A DNA stretch of 63,151 bases, the filler included. It is 4 parts of 4 records of this genome, joined end to end, with 100 filler letters (N's around TTAATTAATTAA, not from the genome) between each part and the next. Parts side by side here need not be neighbours in the genome. Positions count along the whole stretch, not along the records: positions 1 to 29,523 come from DRR723986_4631; 3 more parts are not named here. One strand, written 5' to 3'. Both the position numbers and the translations under genes were made by a program. Of this stretch, positions 1-8,213 are shown piece by piece (the stretch's first letter is position 1; each line of letters begins with the position of its first letter). Under the pieces are notes generated by a model that was not told where the DNA came from, ran no database searches, and saw only the letters and a list, made by a program, of their open reading frames with translations.

Positions 1-13
1 AAATGGATATCGC

Positions 14-41
14 CGTTATTGTTCGATAAATCAAGTTAGGT
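14..41 (+). other. Putative integron attI (or right half of an upstream att site); core GTTAGGT at 35-41
   Basis: GTTRRRY core 5 bp before the first ORF. It is the exact reverse complement of the inverse core ACCTAAC at 669-675. The upstream GATAAATCAA resembles attI-type L-box/spacer rather than an attC right arm. No intI in the window. Confidence 0.6.
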
Positions 42-46
42 CCGCC

Positions 47-661
47 ATGGAAACACTTCTGCTGCTTATAGTGATTGCCGCCGTCTGCTACTGGCTCTTT
101 ACTCGCAGTCGCCAAACTGCTGCGCCAATAGACATCACGCACCTGCCGGCACAGTTCGTAATTTTTGATCTAGAGACAACTGGCCTTGATCCGTCAAAGC
201 ATCAAATCATTGAGATAGGCGCTATCAGAGTTAACCGTGACTCGAATCAGCACGACACGTATCAAAACTTAGTTTTCGCCAAGCGGAAGCTCCCGAAGAA
301 GATCGTTGAGCTAACTGGCATCACTGATGATCTACTCAAGTCTGACGGCGTTTCACTTGAAGAAGCACTCAACGGCTTCGCCGCATTTGTTGGTGACCTT
401 CGCTTAGTTTCCTTCAATACAGATTTCGACCTTCCATTCCTTCACAACGCAGCTGCGCAGCATAACCTTCAATTCCGCAATCCAACTTCTTGCGCACTAA
501 AAATGGCAAGACGCGCTTGGCCAAACCGTCAAAGCTTTCGTCTAGCAGACCTTGCGCGTGACGGTAATCTTTCACTTTCAAACCAGCATCGTGCCCTTGG
601 CGACTGTGAGCGCGCCTTACACGTATACATTGCAGCAGCATCAAAACTCAGGTCTGTGTGA
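47..661 (+). CDS. DEDDh 3'-5' exonuclease (DnaQ-like) with N-terminal transmembrane anchor; integron cassette 1
   Basis: Motifs FDLETTG, FNTDFD, HRALGD; hydrophobic N-terminus METLLLLIVIAAVCYWLF; flanked by att sites. Confidence 0.85.
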   Translation: METLLLLIVIAAVCYWLFTRSRQTAAPIDITHLPAQFVIFDLETTGLDPSKHQIIEIGAIRVNRDSNQHDTYQNLVFAKRKLPKKIVELTGITDDLLKSDGVSLEEALNGFAAFVGDLRLVSFNTDFDLPFLHNAAAQHNLQFRNPTSCALKMARRAWPNRQSFRLADLARDGNLSLSNQHRALGDCERALHVYIAAASKLRSV

Positions 662-668
662 CTGGCAG

Positions 669-728
669 ACCTAACAATTCATTCAAGCCGACGCCACTTC
701 GCGGCGCGGCTTAATTCCGGCGTTATGC
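669..728 (+). mobile_element. Integron attC site (60 bp)
   Basis: ACCTAAC-AATTC-ATTCAAGCCGACGCC-ACTTCGC-GGCGCGGCTTAATT-CCGGC-GTTATGC: inverse core, imperfect palindrome, core; closely resembles short aadA-type attC sites. Confidence 0.93.
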
Positions 729-758
729 GCCAGTAAGCAGTTCTACGGAGTAAACGAA

Positions 759-1379
759 GTGAGTATGCGATTTTTATACGTCATGGATCCCATGTGTGCC
801 TGGTGTTATGGGTTTCAGCCGGAGTTGGATCGGTTTCTAGAACAGCATCCTTCAGCGGAGGTGAACTGGATAATGGGCGGGTTAGCGCCTGATACCAAAG
901 AACCCATGAGCGAAAACCTGAAAGAAGCGATTTCTTCCTATTGGCATCAAATAGAAAAGGTTTCTCAAGTAACGTTTAATCACAGTTATTGGGAACGGAA
1001 CATACCCTATCGTTCAACATACCAAGCTTGTAGAGCAGTGATAGCAGCTGAGAAGTTAGCTGCCAGAAGCTCACCAAATATGGCAAAAGCGATTCAATCT
1101 GCTTATTACCGTGAGGCCAGGAACCCGTCTTTAGATGAAACGCTGATTGATTGCGCTGGCACAATAGGGTTGTGCGAGGAGCAGTTTTCAGCTGTCCTTC
1201 ACTCCAAAGAAACTGAACTTGAGTTTCAAAAACATTTGGCAATTACACATCATCTTTACGTTAGTGGGTTTCCCGCTCTCTTCTACATTAACAAAGAGAA
1301 TCAGGCTTATCCTCTAACTCACGGTTTTTGCAAAGCTGACGCGCTTTTTGAACGTTTCAGTTCAATCGCAGCAGATTAA
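759..1379 (+). CDS. DsbA/FrnE-family thioredoxin-fold protein; integron cassette 2
   Basis: DPMCAWCYGF CxxC motif and GFPAL cis-Pro motif; begins 30 bp after the attC core. Confidence 0.85.
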   Translation: MSMRFLYVMDPMCAWCYGFQPELDRFLEQHPSAEVNWIMGGLAPDTKEPMSENLKEAISSYWHQIEKVSQVTFNHSYWERNIPYRSTYQACRAVIAAEKLAARSSPNMAKAIQSAYYREARNPSLDETLIDCAGTIGLCEEQFSAVLHSKETELEFQKHLAITHHLYVSGFPALFYINKENQAYPLTHGFCKADALFERFSSIAAD

Positions 1380-1381
1380 GC

Positions 1382-1410
1382 TCATAGCAAAGCGCTTAAG
1401 AGCGACTCAA
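1382..1410 (+). mobile_element. Truncated/degenerate attC left half
   Basis: TCATAGC-AAAGCGCTTAAGAGCGACTC directly after the stop. The expected inverse core is GCATAAC (2 mismatches). No complementary right arm or GTTRRRY follows. Confidence 0.5.
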
Positions 1411-1541
1411 TAGAGCGGAGTTACATTAAACCGACTCAACACCACTTTGGAGACACTCGAAACCTGGTGAATTACATCCAGAATTGAACCGCCCTTCCAC
1501 AAAATCCACTAAGTTATAGCAGCTCATACAATAATTATGCG

Positions 1542-1560
1542 TGTTGCGCAATACGCAACA
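1542..1560. promoter_or_regulatory. Inverted repeat, probable HigA operator
   Basis: TGTTGCG-CAATA-CGCAACA, perfect 7-bp arms, 7 bp upstream of the higB ATG. Confidence 0.65.
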
Positions 1561-1567
1561 TTCTACT

Positions 1568-1846
1568 ATGATCCTTTCTTTCAAACACAAAGGGCTTCGC
1601 AAGTTCTTTGAAATTGGCAGCACCGCTGGCATTCAGGCAAATCATGCTAAACGCCTTCGCTTGCAACTGGCCGCTCTGGATACAGCTGAGACCATCAACG
1701 ATATGGACATTCCAGGCTTTTCACTTCACCCACTCAAGGGCGAAATGCGTGGAAGGTGGTCTATATCAGTGAATGGTAACTGGCGCTTAACATTTGAATT
1801 TCGTGAGGGCAACGTCCACGTGCTGGACTATGAGGATTATCACTAA
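1568..1846 (+). CDS. higB: HigB (RelE/ParE superfamily) toxin
   Basis: MILSFKHKGLRKFF...LHPLKG...WSISVNGNWRLTFEF...DYEDYH; toxin-first order; TAATG overlap with the antitoxin. Confidence 0.92.
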   Translation: MILSFKHKGLRKFFEIGSTAGIQANHAKRLRLQLAALDTAETINDMDIPGFSLHPLKGEMRGRWSISVNGNWRLTFEFREGNVHVLDYEDYH

Positions 1847-2139
1847 TGAGCATGCACAACCCACCCCACCCTGGTGAATTCATCACTGGCGTTTACCTTG
1901 AACCATATGGAATCAGTGGGCGAGAGCTTGCAGAAAAACTGGACGTGGCGCCCTCTACACTCAGCCGTATCCTAAACGGTAGCAGCCGGGTAACACCGGA
2001 AATGGCACTTCGGCTTTCCAAAGCGATTGGGCGATCACCTGAAAGTTGGCTCGCCATGCAAGACGCTCACGATTTGTGGATAGCACGGAAAAATGTGGAT
2101 CTTCGCCGTGTGGGCAAGCTTAGATTGGCAAACGCCTGA
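1846..2139 (+). CDS. higA: HigA antitoxin (HTH XRE)
   Basis: MHNPPHPGE...VTPEMALRLSKA.G.SPESWLAMQ signature. Confidence 0.92.
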   Translation: MSMHNPPHPGEFITGVYLEPYGISGRELAEKLDVAPSTLSRILNGSSRVTPEMALRLSKAIGRSPESWLAMQDAHDLWIARKNVDLRRVGKLRLANA

Positions 2140-2155
2140 AGCCCGCAACCAAATC

Positions 2156-2935
2156 CTACTTCTCCACAAACGCCCGCTCAATCACATAATCGCCGCGCTC
2201 GCCTTGCCGTGGGCTAATCTTCAAGCCCTTCGCATCCAGCAGTTTGCAGGTGTCTTCCAGCATGCTGGGGCTGCCGCAAATCATGGCGCGGTCGTGGGCT
2301 GCGTCCAGCGCAGGCAAGCCCAAATCTTCAAACAACTTGCCGCTGTGCATCAGGTCGGTCAAGCGGCCGCGGTTGCGGTAGGGTTCGCGGGTTACGGTGG
2401 GGTAGTACAGCAAGCGGCCCTGCACCAGTTCGCCAATGTATTCCTGCTTGGGCAGTTCTTCGCGAATGTAATCGGAATAGGCCAATTCGCTCACGGTGCG
2501 CACACCGTGTACCAGCACCACTTTGTCGAATCGCTCGTAGGTGTCGGGGTCGCGAATAATGCTCATGAACGGCGCAAGGCCGGTGCCGGTGGCCAGCAGG
2601 TACAGGTTGCGGCCATCGTTCAAATCGTCAATTACCAAAGTGCCCACAGGCTTCTGGCCCACAATAAGCTGGTCGCCTGGCTTTAAATGTTGCAGGCGGG
2701 AAGTCAGCGGGCCATCGGGCACTTTGATGCTTAAAAACTCAAGATGTTCTTCGTAGTTGGCGCTGGCAATGCTGTAAGCGCGCAGCAGCGGTTTGCCTTC
2801 GGCTTGTAAACCGATCATCACGAAGTGGCCATTGTGAAAACGCAAGCCGGGGCTGCGAGTTGTTTTGAAGCTGAACAACGATTCATTCCAGTGGTGCACT
2901 TCCAGTACGGTTTCAAATGCCAAATTGCTCATCAT
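2156..2935 (-). CDS. fpr: Ferredoxin-NADP+ reductase
   Basis: RAYSIAS, GPLTSRL, TGTGLAPF, MICGSPSM, ERAFVEK. Confidence 0.93.
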   Translation of the reverse strand: MMSNLAFETVLEVHHWNESLFSFKTTRSPGLRFHNGHFVMIGLQAEGKPLLRAYSIASANYEEHLEFLSIKVPDGPLTSRLQHLKPGDQLIVGQKPVGTLVIDDLNDGRNLYLLATGTGLAPFMSIIRDPDTYERFDKVVLVHGVRTVSELAYSDYIREELPKQEYIGELVQGRLLYYPTVTREPYRNRGRLTDLMHSGKLFEDLGLPALDAAHDRAMICGSPSMLEDTCKLLDAKGLKISPRQGERGDYVIERAFVEK

Positions 2936-3225
2936 GCAACTCCAAGTTCTCGCAGGTAGGCCCAGGGGAAAATTCCGCGCTCGTGGCCATCTGCAAATTT
3001 AAAGTTCAGGGCGTGTTCGCCCACCATTTCAATGCCGGTAATGGCGCTGCCCTGCACCACAGCTTGCCCTGCGCGCTGCGCAGCCACGCATTCTGCACAC
3101 TTGCAATGGGTGCGCAGCAAACCGTGTGGCAATTCGCTCACCGCGCCGTCGGCCCATTCAATGCGCAGAAGTTGCGAGGCGCGTTGGTCTGTAACCGCAA
3201 CGGGTTGGATTGATGCGCTGTTCAT
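2932..3225 (-). CDS. DUF971 (gamma-butyrobetaine hydroxylase N-terminal-like) protein
   Basis: LRxxCKCAEC; FADGHERGIFPWAYL. Confidence 0.85.
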   Translation of the reverse strand: MNSASIQPVAVTDQRASQLLRIEWADGAVSELPHGLLRTHCKCAECVAAQRAGQAVVQGSAITGIEMVGEHALNFKFADGHERGIFPWAYLRELGVA

Positions 3226-4088
3226 CGCAACGTCTCCATACCCTCTTCGCCAAGGTGCCAGCTTTGGCCCATGGTGGCGGGGTCAATTTCGCCACCCATG
3301 GCAGCCAGGCTTTCTTCGCGAATCAGGCTTTTCAGTTGGCGGTGCAAGGCTGTGAACACGGGCGACGCGGTCATGGCAGCCGAACGTGGCCGTGGCAAAT
3401 CGATGGGAATTTCCGCCTTGATTTTTCCGGGGCGAGCGGTCATCACATACACACGGTCGGACAGAAAAATGGCTTCTTCAATGTCATGCGTAATAAACAG
3501 CACCGAGATTTTCCATTGCTGCCACATGTGGGTAAGTATTTCCTGCATCACTACGCGGGTTTGGGAATCGAGTGCACCGAAGGGTTCGTCCATCAGCAAC
3601 ACGCGCGGGCCGGTGGCCAGTGCGCGCACAATGCCCACGCGTTGTTTCATGCCACCGGAAAGCTGATCAGGATAATGATTTTCAAAAGGCAGCAAGCCAG
3701 CCAAACCCAACAAGGTGCGCGCTTTTCCTTCGCGCTCGTGGCGGGCCATGCCTTGCAGCTTCAAACCGAACTCCACGTTCTCGCGCACCTTCAACCACGG
3801 AAAAAGTGAGTACTGTTGAAACACCACACCACGTTCTGCACTAGGGCCGTGAATGGCCTGGCCGTCCATCGTAACCACACCGTCGCTGGGTTTCAGAAAC
3901 CCGGCCACAATGTTCAACAGCGTACTTTTGCCGCAACCCGATGGGCCAACCACCGATACAAATTCACCGGGCTGCACATTCAGTGAAACATCTTGCACAG
4001 CCGCGAAACGCGCACCGTTTTGAATGAAGTTCACCTGCACATTGCTCAGTTCAATACAGCCCTCGGGCTTTTTCACAGTGCTGTTCAT
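3222..4088 (-). CDS. ABC transporter ATP-binding protein (TauB/SsuB/NrtD type)
   Basis: GPSGCGKST, LSGGMKQR, LLMDEPFGALD; ATGA overlap with the permease gives start 4088. Confidence 0.93.
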   Translation of the reverse strand: MNSTVKKPEGCIELSNVQVNFIQNGARFAAVQDVSLNVQPGEFVSVVGPSGCGKSTLLNIVAGFLKPSDGVVTMDGQAIHGPSAERGVVFQQYSLFPWLKVRENVEFGLKLQGMARHEREGKARTLLGLAGLLPFENHYPDQLSGGMKQRVGIVRALATGPRVLLMDEPFGALDSQTRVVMQEILTHMWQQWKISVLFITHDIEEAIFLSDRVYVMTARPGKIKAEIPIDLPRPRSAAMTASPVFTALHRQLKSLIREESLAAMGGEIDPATMGQSWHLGEEGMETLR

Positions 4089-5074
4089 TTTCCACCTCCG
4101 GGCCCGGCAATGTGTTGCCAAGGCATGAGCAAACGGGCCAGCAGCAAAATGCCGCCACTGCACAACAAGCCCAACACGCCAATCACGATCATGCCCAGCA
4201 CAATGTTGGGGTACTCAATGAGCGAGTACGCTTCCCAAGTGAAGTAGCCCACACCGAACTGGCCTGAAATCATTTCCGCTGCAATCAGCGACACCCAGGC
4301 CACACCCATGCCCACCGCCAAACCGGTGAATACATTGGGTAGGGCTGCGGGCAGTATCACTTTGCTTAGCATGGTGAATTCATTTGCACCCAAACTTTTT
4401 GCAGCGCGCAGCAGCACAGGGTCAACGCCCTTCACACCCGCCATGGTGTTGATCAAGATCGGGAAAAATGCGCCGATGAAGGTGATGAAAATAATGCTGC
4501 TTTCTGTGGTGGGCCACAGCATGATTGAAATGGGCACCCAGGCAATCGCCGGAATTGGTCGCAGCACTTCAAGTGCGGGAAACATCAAACCCCGCACCAC
4601 TGCGAAGCGGCCGCACAGCAAGCCCAAGGTGACCCCCAAGGCTGTGGCCATGGCAAAGCCCTGCATAATGCGCACCACGCTTTTCCAGATGTTGGTTTGG
4701 AAACGCTGGTTTTGCATCAACTCGACCATGTTGGTGAACACCTCACCCGGTGTGGGAATGTTGTTGAAGCGAATGTAAAAATCGAGCTTGTACAAGGTGG
4801 CCACGTACCAGAAGGCCACCAATGCGCCGATCGACAAAAACGTCATCAACGCAGCCAGGCTGTGCTTTTTTGCACTGATCAACAACAATTCACGGGCAGG
4901 CAGTTTTTCGGCCACCTCAGGTTTGGCCCGCGCTACAACTTTGGCCGCACCACTCGGTGAATCCACAGCTTGCAAAGCAGGTTCTTTCGCCCCGGGGGCG
5001 AGGGTGCTGGCTTTCACCACCGGGGCATACGGCTTCGCAGCCGCAGGCATTTGAATTTCAAGAGGTCGCGACAT
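4085..5074 (-). CDS. ABC transporter permease (TauC/SsuC type)
   Basis: RPIPAIAWVP, EAA-like loop AAKSLGA, LIAAEM. Confidence 0.92.
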   Translation of the reverse strand: MSRPLEIQMPAAAKPYAPVVKASTLAPGAKEPALQAVDSPSGAAKVVARAKPEVAEKLPARELLLISAKKHSLAALMTFLSIGALVAFWYVATLYKLDFYIRFNNIPTPGEVFTNMVELMQNQRFQTNIWKSVVRIMQGFAMATALGVTLGLLCGRFAVVRGLMFPALEVLRPIPAIAWVPISIMLWPTTESSIIFITFIGAFFPILINTMAGVKGVDPVLLRAAKSLGANEFTMLSKVILPAALPNVFTGLAVGMGVAWVSLIAAEMISGQFGVGYFTWEAYSLIEYPNIVLGMIVIGVLGLLCSGGILLLARLLMPWQHIAGPGGGK

Positions 5075-5077
5075 GGT

Positions 5078-6541
5078 TTATTTCCCCACTACAGCTAGTG
5101 CGAGCGCATCGTCATACAGGCCTACCTTGCCGCCGTTCTTCGCAGCAAAGGCCTCTGCGTCTTTCTTCAACAGGAAGGGCACAATCTCGGGAGTTTTCGC
5201 GCCGGCTTTCAGCGAGTAAAACGCTTTGTCGGCAAACACCTTGATCTTCATGCTTTGGTCGTACACATAGGCCACGCCAATTTTTTTGCCCTCACCTTGG
5301 GCTTTCTTGATGGCCGCCAGTGTGCAATTGGCCGACTTGTAGGCAGTAATAGCGCCGCCCTCAATCCACACCTCACCGGCTTGTCGTGGTTCGGTAATTT
5401 TGCCGCCGCACAGTGGGTCGGTACCAGAAATTTCATAGTTGCTGGTGCTGGCTTTTTGTTTGGCGTAGTCCAGGCCCAGTTCCTTGAAGGCTTGCTTCAC
5501 ATAGGTTTCGTCTACCCAGGCATCGGCGTCGAAATCTTTCACACGGCCCATGCGCTTGAGCACACCATGGTCGTACTTCACGGTTTCAACCCATTTGGGC
5601 TTGATGGTGGGGTCTAGCGTGTGCACACCGCCTGGGCCCAAAAACATGTAGGCCACTTCTTTTTCAATGCGAGTCCACTCCTCGACTTTGGTTGCGGCCA
5701 GTACCGGGTTTTTGCGCACCCAGTCGTTGGCTTCCATCAATGCCTTGATGTAGGCCACCACAAACTCGGGGTACTTCTTGGCGAAGTCTTCGCGTACCAC
5801 CACGCCGTGGAATGTGGGCACTTTGGTTTCAGCGCCGTCGAAAATTTTGCGGGCAAAACCACGGTAAGGAAGAAGCTCGGCAAACGGTACAAAGTCCGCA
5901 TGGCCATCAATGCGCTTTTCCTGAAGGCTGGAAGTACCTACCTCAGGGCTTTGGCTGGAAAGCTCGAAGTCTTCGGCAGTCCAACCACGGTCTTCGAGTG
6001 CCTTGAGCAACATACCATGTGCTGCCGACCCAAAAGGCACGGAGAGTTTTTTGCCTTTCAGGTCAGCCAGCTCATAGTAAGGGGAGTCTTTGTGCACCAC
6101 CACGCCATTGCCCGCGCCTTCCGCGTTGTAGGCAATCAGCGCGATCAGGCGGCTTTTGGTTTCATTGCCGTTTTGAAACGTGGCACCGTTCACCAGCAAA
6201 GGGTAGTCGCCCATCATGCCGATTTGCAAAGTATTGGCCACCATGCCGTTGGTGACGGGTGGGCCCGATGTGAAGTTTTGCCATTCAAGTTTGAACTGAA
6301 TGTCTTTGAAACGTGGCACCTTGGCCAGGTGCTTTTCGATCAAACCAAGTTCTTTCAATACAACGCCACCCGTCACTGTGTTGGTGGTGGTGTTCTGTGT
6401 ACCAATTCCCACCGTGACCACTTCGGCCAATGCTGGAAATGAAAGTGTGCAGGCCACCAGCGCGCTGGCTGCGCGAATGCCGATGAACCTGCCAACTACC
6501 TTGCCCTGTGCTGCGATTCCTTTGAAGATTCCCGTGTTCAT
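5078..6541 (-). CDS. ABC substrate-binding protein (SsuA/TauA-like) with C-terminal NosL-like domain
   Basis: Signal peptide, FTSGPP, VPFGSAAHG; ~110-aa C-terminal extension DPLCGGKI...SANC...VYD...AFY...PF...AEAFAAKNGG. Confidence 0.8.
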   Translation of the reverse strand: MNTGIFKGIAAQGKVVGRFIGIRAASALVACTLSFPALAEVVTVGIGTQNTTTNTVTGGVVLKELGLIEKHLAKVPRFKDIQFKLEWQNFTSGPPVTNGMVANTLQIGMMGDYPLLVNGATFQNGNETKSRLIALIAYNAEGAGNGVVVHKDSPYYELADLKGKKLSVPFGSAAHGMLLKALEDRGWTAEDFELSSQSPEVGTSSLQEKRIDGHADFVPFAELLPYRGFARKIFDGAETKVPTFHGVVVREDFAKKYPEFVVAYIKALMEANDWVRKNPVLAATKVEEWTRIEKEVAYMFLGPGGVHTLDPTIKPKWVETVKYDHGVLKRMGRVKDFDADAWVDETYVKQAFKELGLDYAKQKASTSNYEISGTDPLCGGKITEPRQAGEVWIEGGAITAYKSANCTLAAIKKAQGEGKKIGVAYVYDQSMKIKVFADKAFYSLKAGAKTPEIVPFLLKKDAEAFAAKNGGKVGLYDDALALAVVGK

Positions 6542-6631
6542 GTCAACAATCCTTTTCAATAGACTCGTTTCAAAATGGGTGCCAGGTGGTTGGCTGTATT
6601 TGACAGTCGGAATATTTGAATGCTTTCGGGC

Positions 6632-6973
6632 TTAAGCCTTGTCTGTACAGGCTTCTTCCAGGTACTGCTTTTTGTTCGTAACATCAACCCAGGCGTCGGC
6701 GTCGGCAAGCGGCTCTTTGGCGCTGTCAATCACCGGCCACAACTGGGCCAGCCTTGCGTTGATTTCAATGAATTCCAGCTGGTCAGCGGGAACATTGCCT
6801 TCTTCATAAATTGCACTGGCGGGGCATTCTGGAATGCACACACCACAATCGATACAGCCTTCCGGATTAATCACGAGAAAGTTCGGCCCCTCGTGAAAAC
6901 AATCCACCGGGCACACCGACACGCAGTCGGTGTATTTGCATTTAATACAGGCTTGCGTCACCACGAATGTCAT
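6632..6973 (-). CDS. fdxA: 7Fe ferredoxin, FdxA type
   Basis: [18 protein letters not shown]...[12 protein letters not shown]. Confidence 0.88.
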   Translation of the reverse strand: MTFVVTQACIKCKYTDCVSVCPVDCFHEGPNFLVINPEGCIDCGVCIPECPASAIYEEGNVPADQLEFIEINARLAQLWPVIDSAKEPLADADAWVDVTNKKQYLEEACTDKA

Positions 6974-6984
6974 GGCTGTTCCCC

Positions 6985-7932
6985 TTAGCTGTGTTTCAGC
7001 GTGATGTTGGTCAGTGCCAGTCGGGCCAGTTTTCGCACATCCGGGTCGTTGTCTTCCAGCGCTTTTTCAAGTGCGGGAATGGCCCGTTTGTCACCAATTT
7101 CACCCAAGGCAATGGCCGCCTCTTTTCTCAAATTGCTCACGGTGTCGTTCATGGCTTCCGCCAGTGCAGGAAGCGCAGGCAAGGCCTTCATGACACCCAA
7201 GGCACGCGCTGCTTTCACACGCACTTGCCAGTAATCGTCTTGCATGGCTTTCACCAGTTCATCGGTGGCCTGTGCCATGCCCAGCTTGCCAATGGTGGCT
7301 GCGGCTTCTTCTCGCACCATCCACACGCTGTCGTTCAAAGCCCGCATCAGTGAAGGCAGCACACTAACCTCGTTCGTGTAACCCAATGCACCCACGGCAA
7401 TTCGGCGTACTTCGCCATCGGGGTCGTGGGCCGCCACTTCAGCCAGCTCACCCACTGCCTCTGCACGCTTGAGGTAACCCAGCACACCCACTGCTTCACG
7501 GCGAACTGCCGGGCTGGGGTCTTTCAACTGGTTCAAGGCGGGCTCGTAAGCTTCAGGCACCCGCAACGCACGCACAGCTTTCAAGGCCAGCGAACGCACA
7601 GTGGCATCCGCGTGGGTCAGCAGCGGAATCAAGGGCGGCGCCGATTCAGATTCTTTCAATTCAGCAAGCACCAAACCGGCCGCCTCTTGCACCACTGCTG
7701 ATCTATCTAGCAGCATCTGTGCCAAAGCCGTGACCGTGGTTTGGTCCTCGAAACCTTCCAGTGCACGCACCGCCTCCAGGCGCACATTGGCATCGGTATC
7801 GTGCAGGCAGGGCAGCAGCAACAACTCAATGTCGTCTTCATCGCTGTAAGGCAAGTCAATCACAGCCAGTCGGCGCACTTCCGCATCGGGACTGTTCAGC
7901 CGTTCTTGCAAGGTAGGAATTGCAATGCTCAT
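6985..7932 (-). CDS. HEAT/PBS-lyase repeat protein
   Basis: Repeated L.D....VR..A..ALG units; AAGGAG RBS before ATG 7932. Confidence 0.88.
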   Translation of the reverse strand: MSIAIPTLQERLNSPDAEVRRLAVIDLPYSDEDDIELLLLPCLHDTDANVRLEAVRALEGFEDQTTVTALAQMLLDRSAVVQEAAGLVLAELKESESAPPLIPLLTHADATVRSLALKAVRALRVPEAYEPALNQLKDPSPAVRREAVGVLGYLKRAEAVGELAEVAAHDPDGEVRRIAVGALGYTNEVSVLPSLMRALNDSVWMVREEAAATIGKLGMAQATDELVKAMQDDYWQVRVKAARALGVMKALPALPALAEAMNDTVSNLRKEAAIALGEIGDKRAIPALEKALEDNDPDVRKLARLALTNITLKHS

Positions 7933-7945
7933 GGTGTGCTCCTTT

Positions 7946-8179
7946 TCAGCGCAACAAGAATGGAATGTCCACGTGCACTGCACCTGTGGGGCAATCTTTT
8001 TCACAGGGCAGGCAATACCAGCATTCATCAAATTTCATGAATGCCTTGCCGGTGACGTGGTCAATCGCAAGCACATCGAGCGGGCATACATCCACGCACA
8101 CGGTGCAGCCTTTTTCAGCAATGCATTTCTCGGAGTCCACTTTGACGGGGACTTGGGTAATTGTTGCGGCCATGGTCAT
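7946..8179 (-). CDS. 4Fe-4S dicluster ferredoxin (AprB-like)
   Basis: CIAEKGCTVCVDVCP and ECWYCLPCEKDCPTGA. Confidence 0.88.
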   Translation of the reverse strand: MTMAATITQVPVKVDSEKCIAEKGCTVCVDVCPLDVLAIDHVTGKAFMKFDECWYCLPCEKDCPTGAVHVDIPFLLR

Positions 8180-8213
8180 GTTCAGTACCTCTCGTGTAGT
8201 GTGTTGGGGCAAA

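Noticed and set aside
1400-1540. GTT-containing sites (GTTACAT at 1420, GTTATAG at 1513) as cassette cores for higBA
   Set aside because: They do not fit GTTRRRY, and there is no matching inverse core or attC after higA
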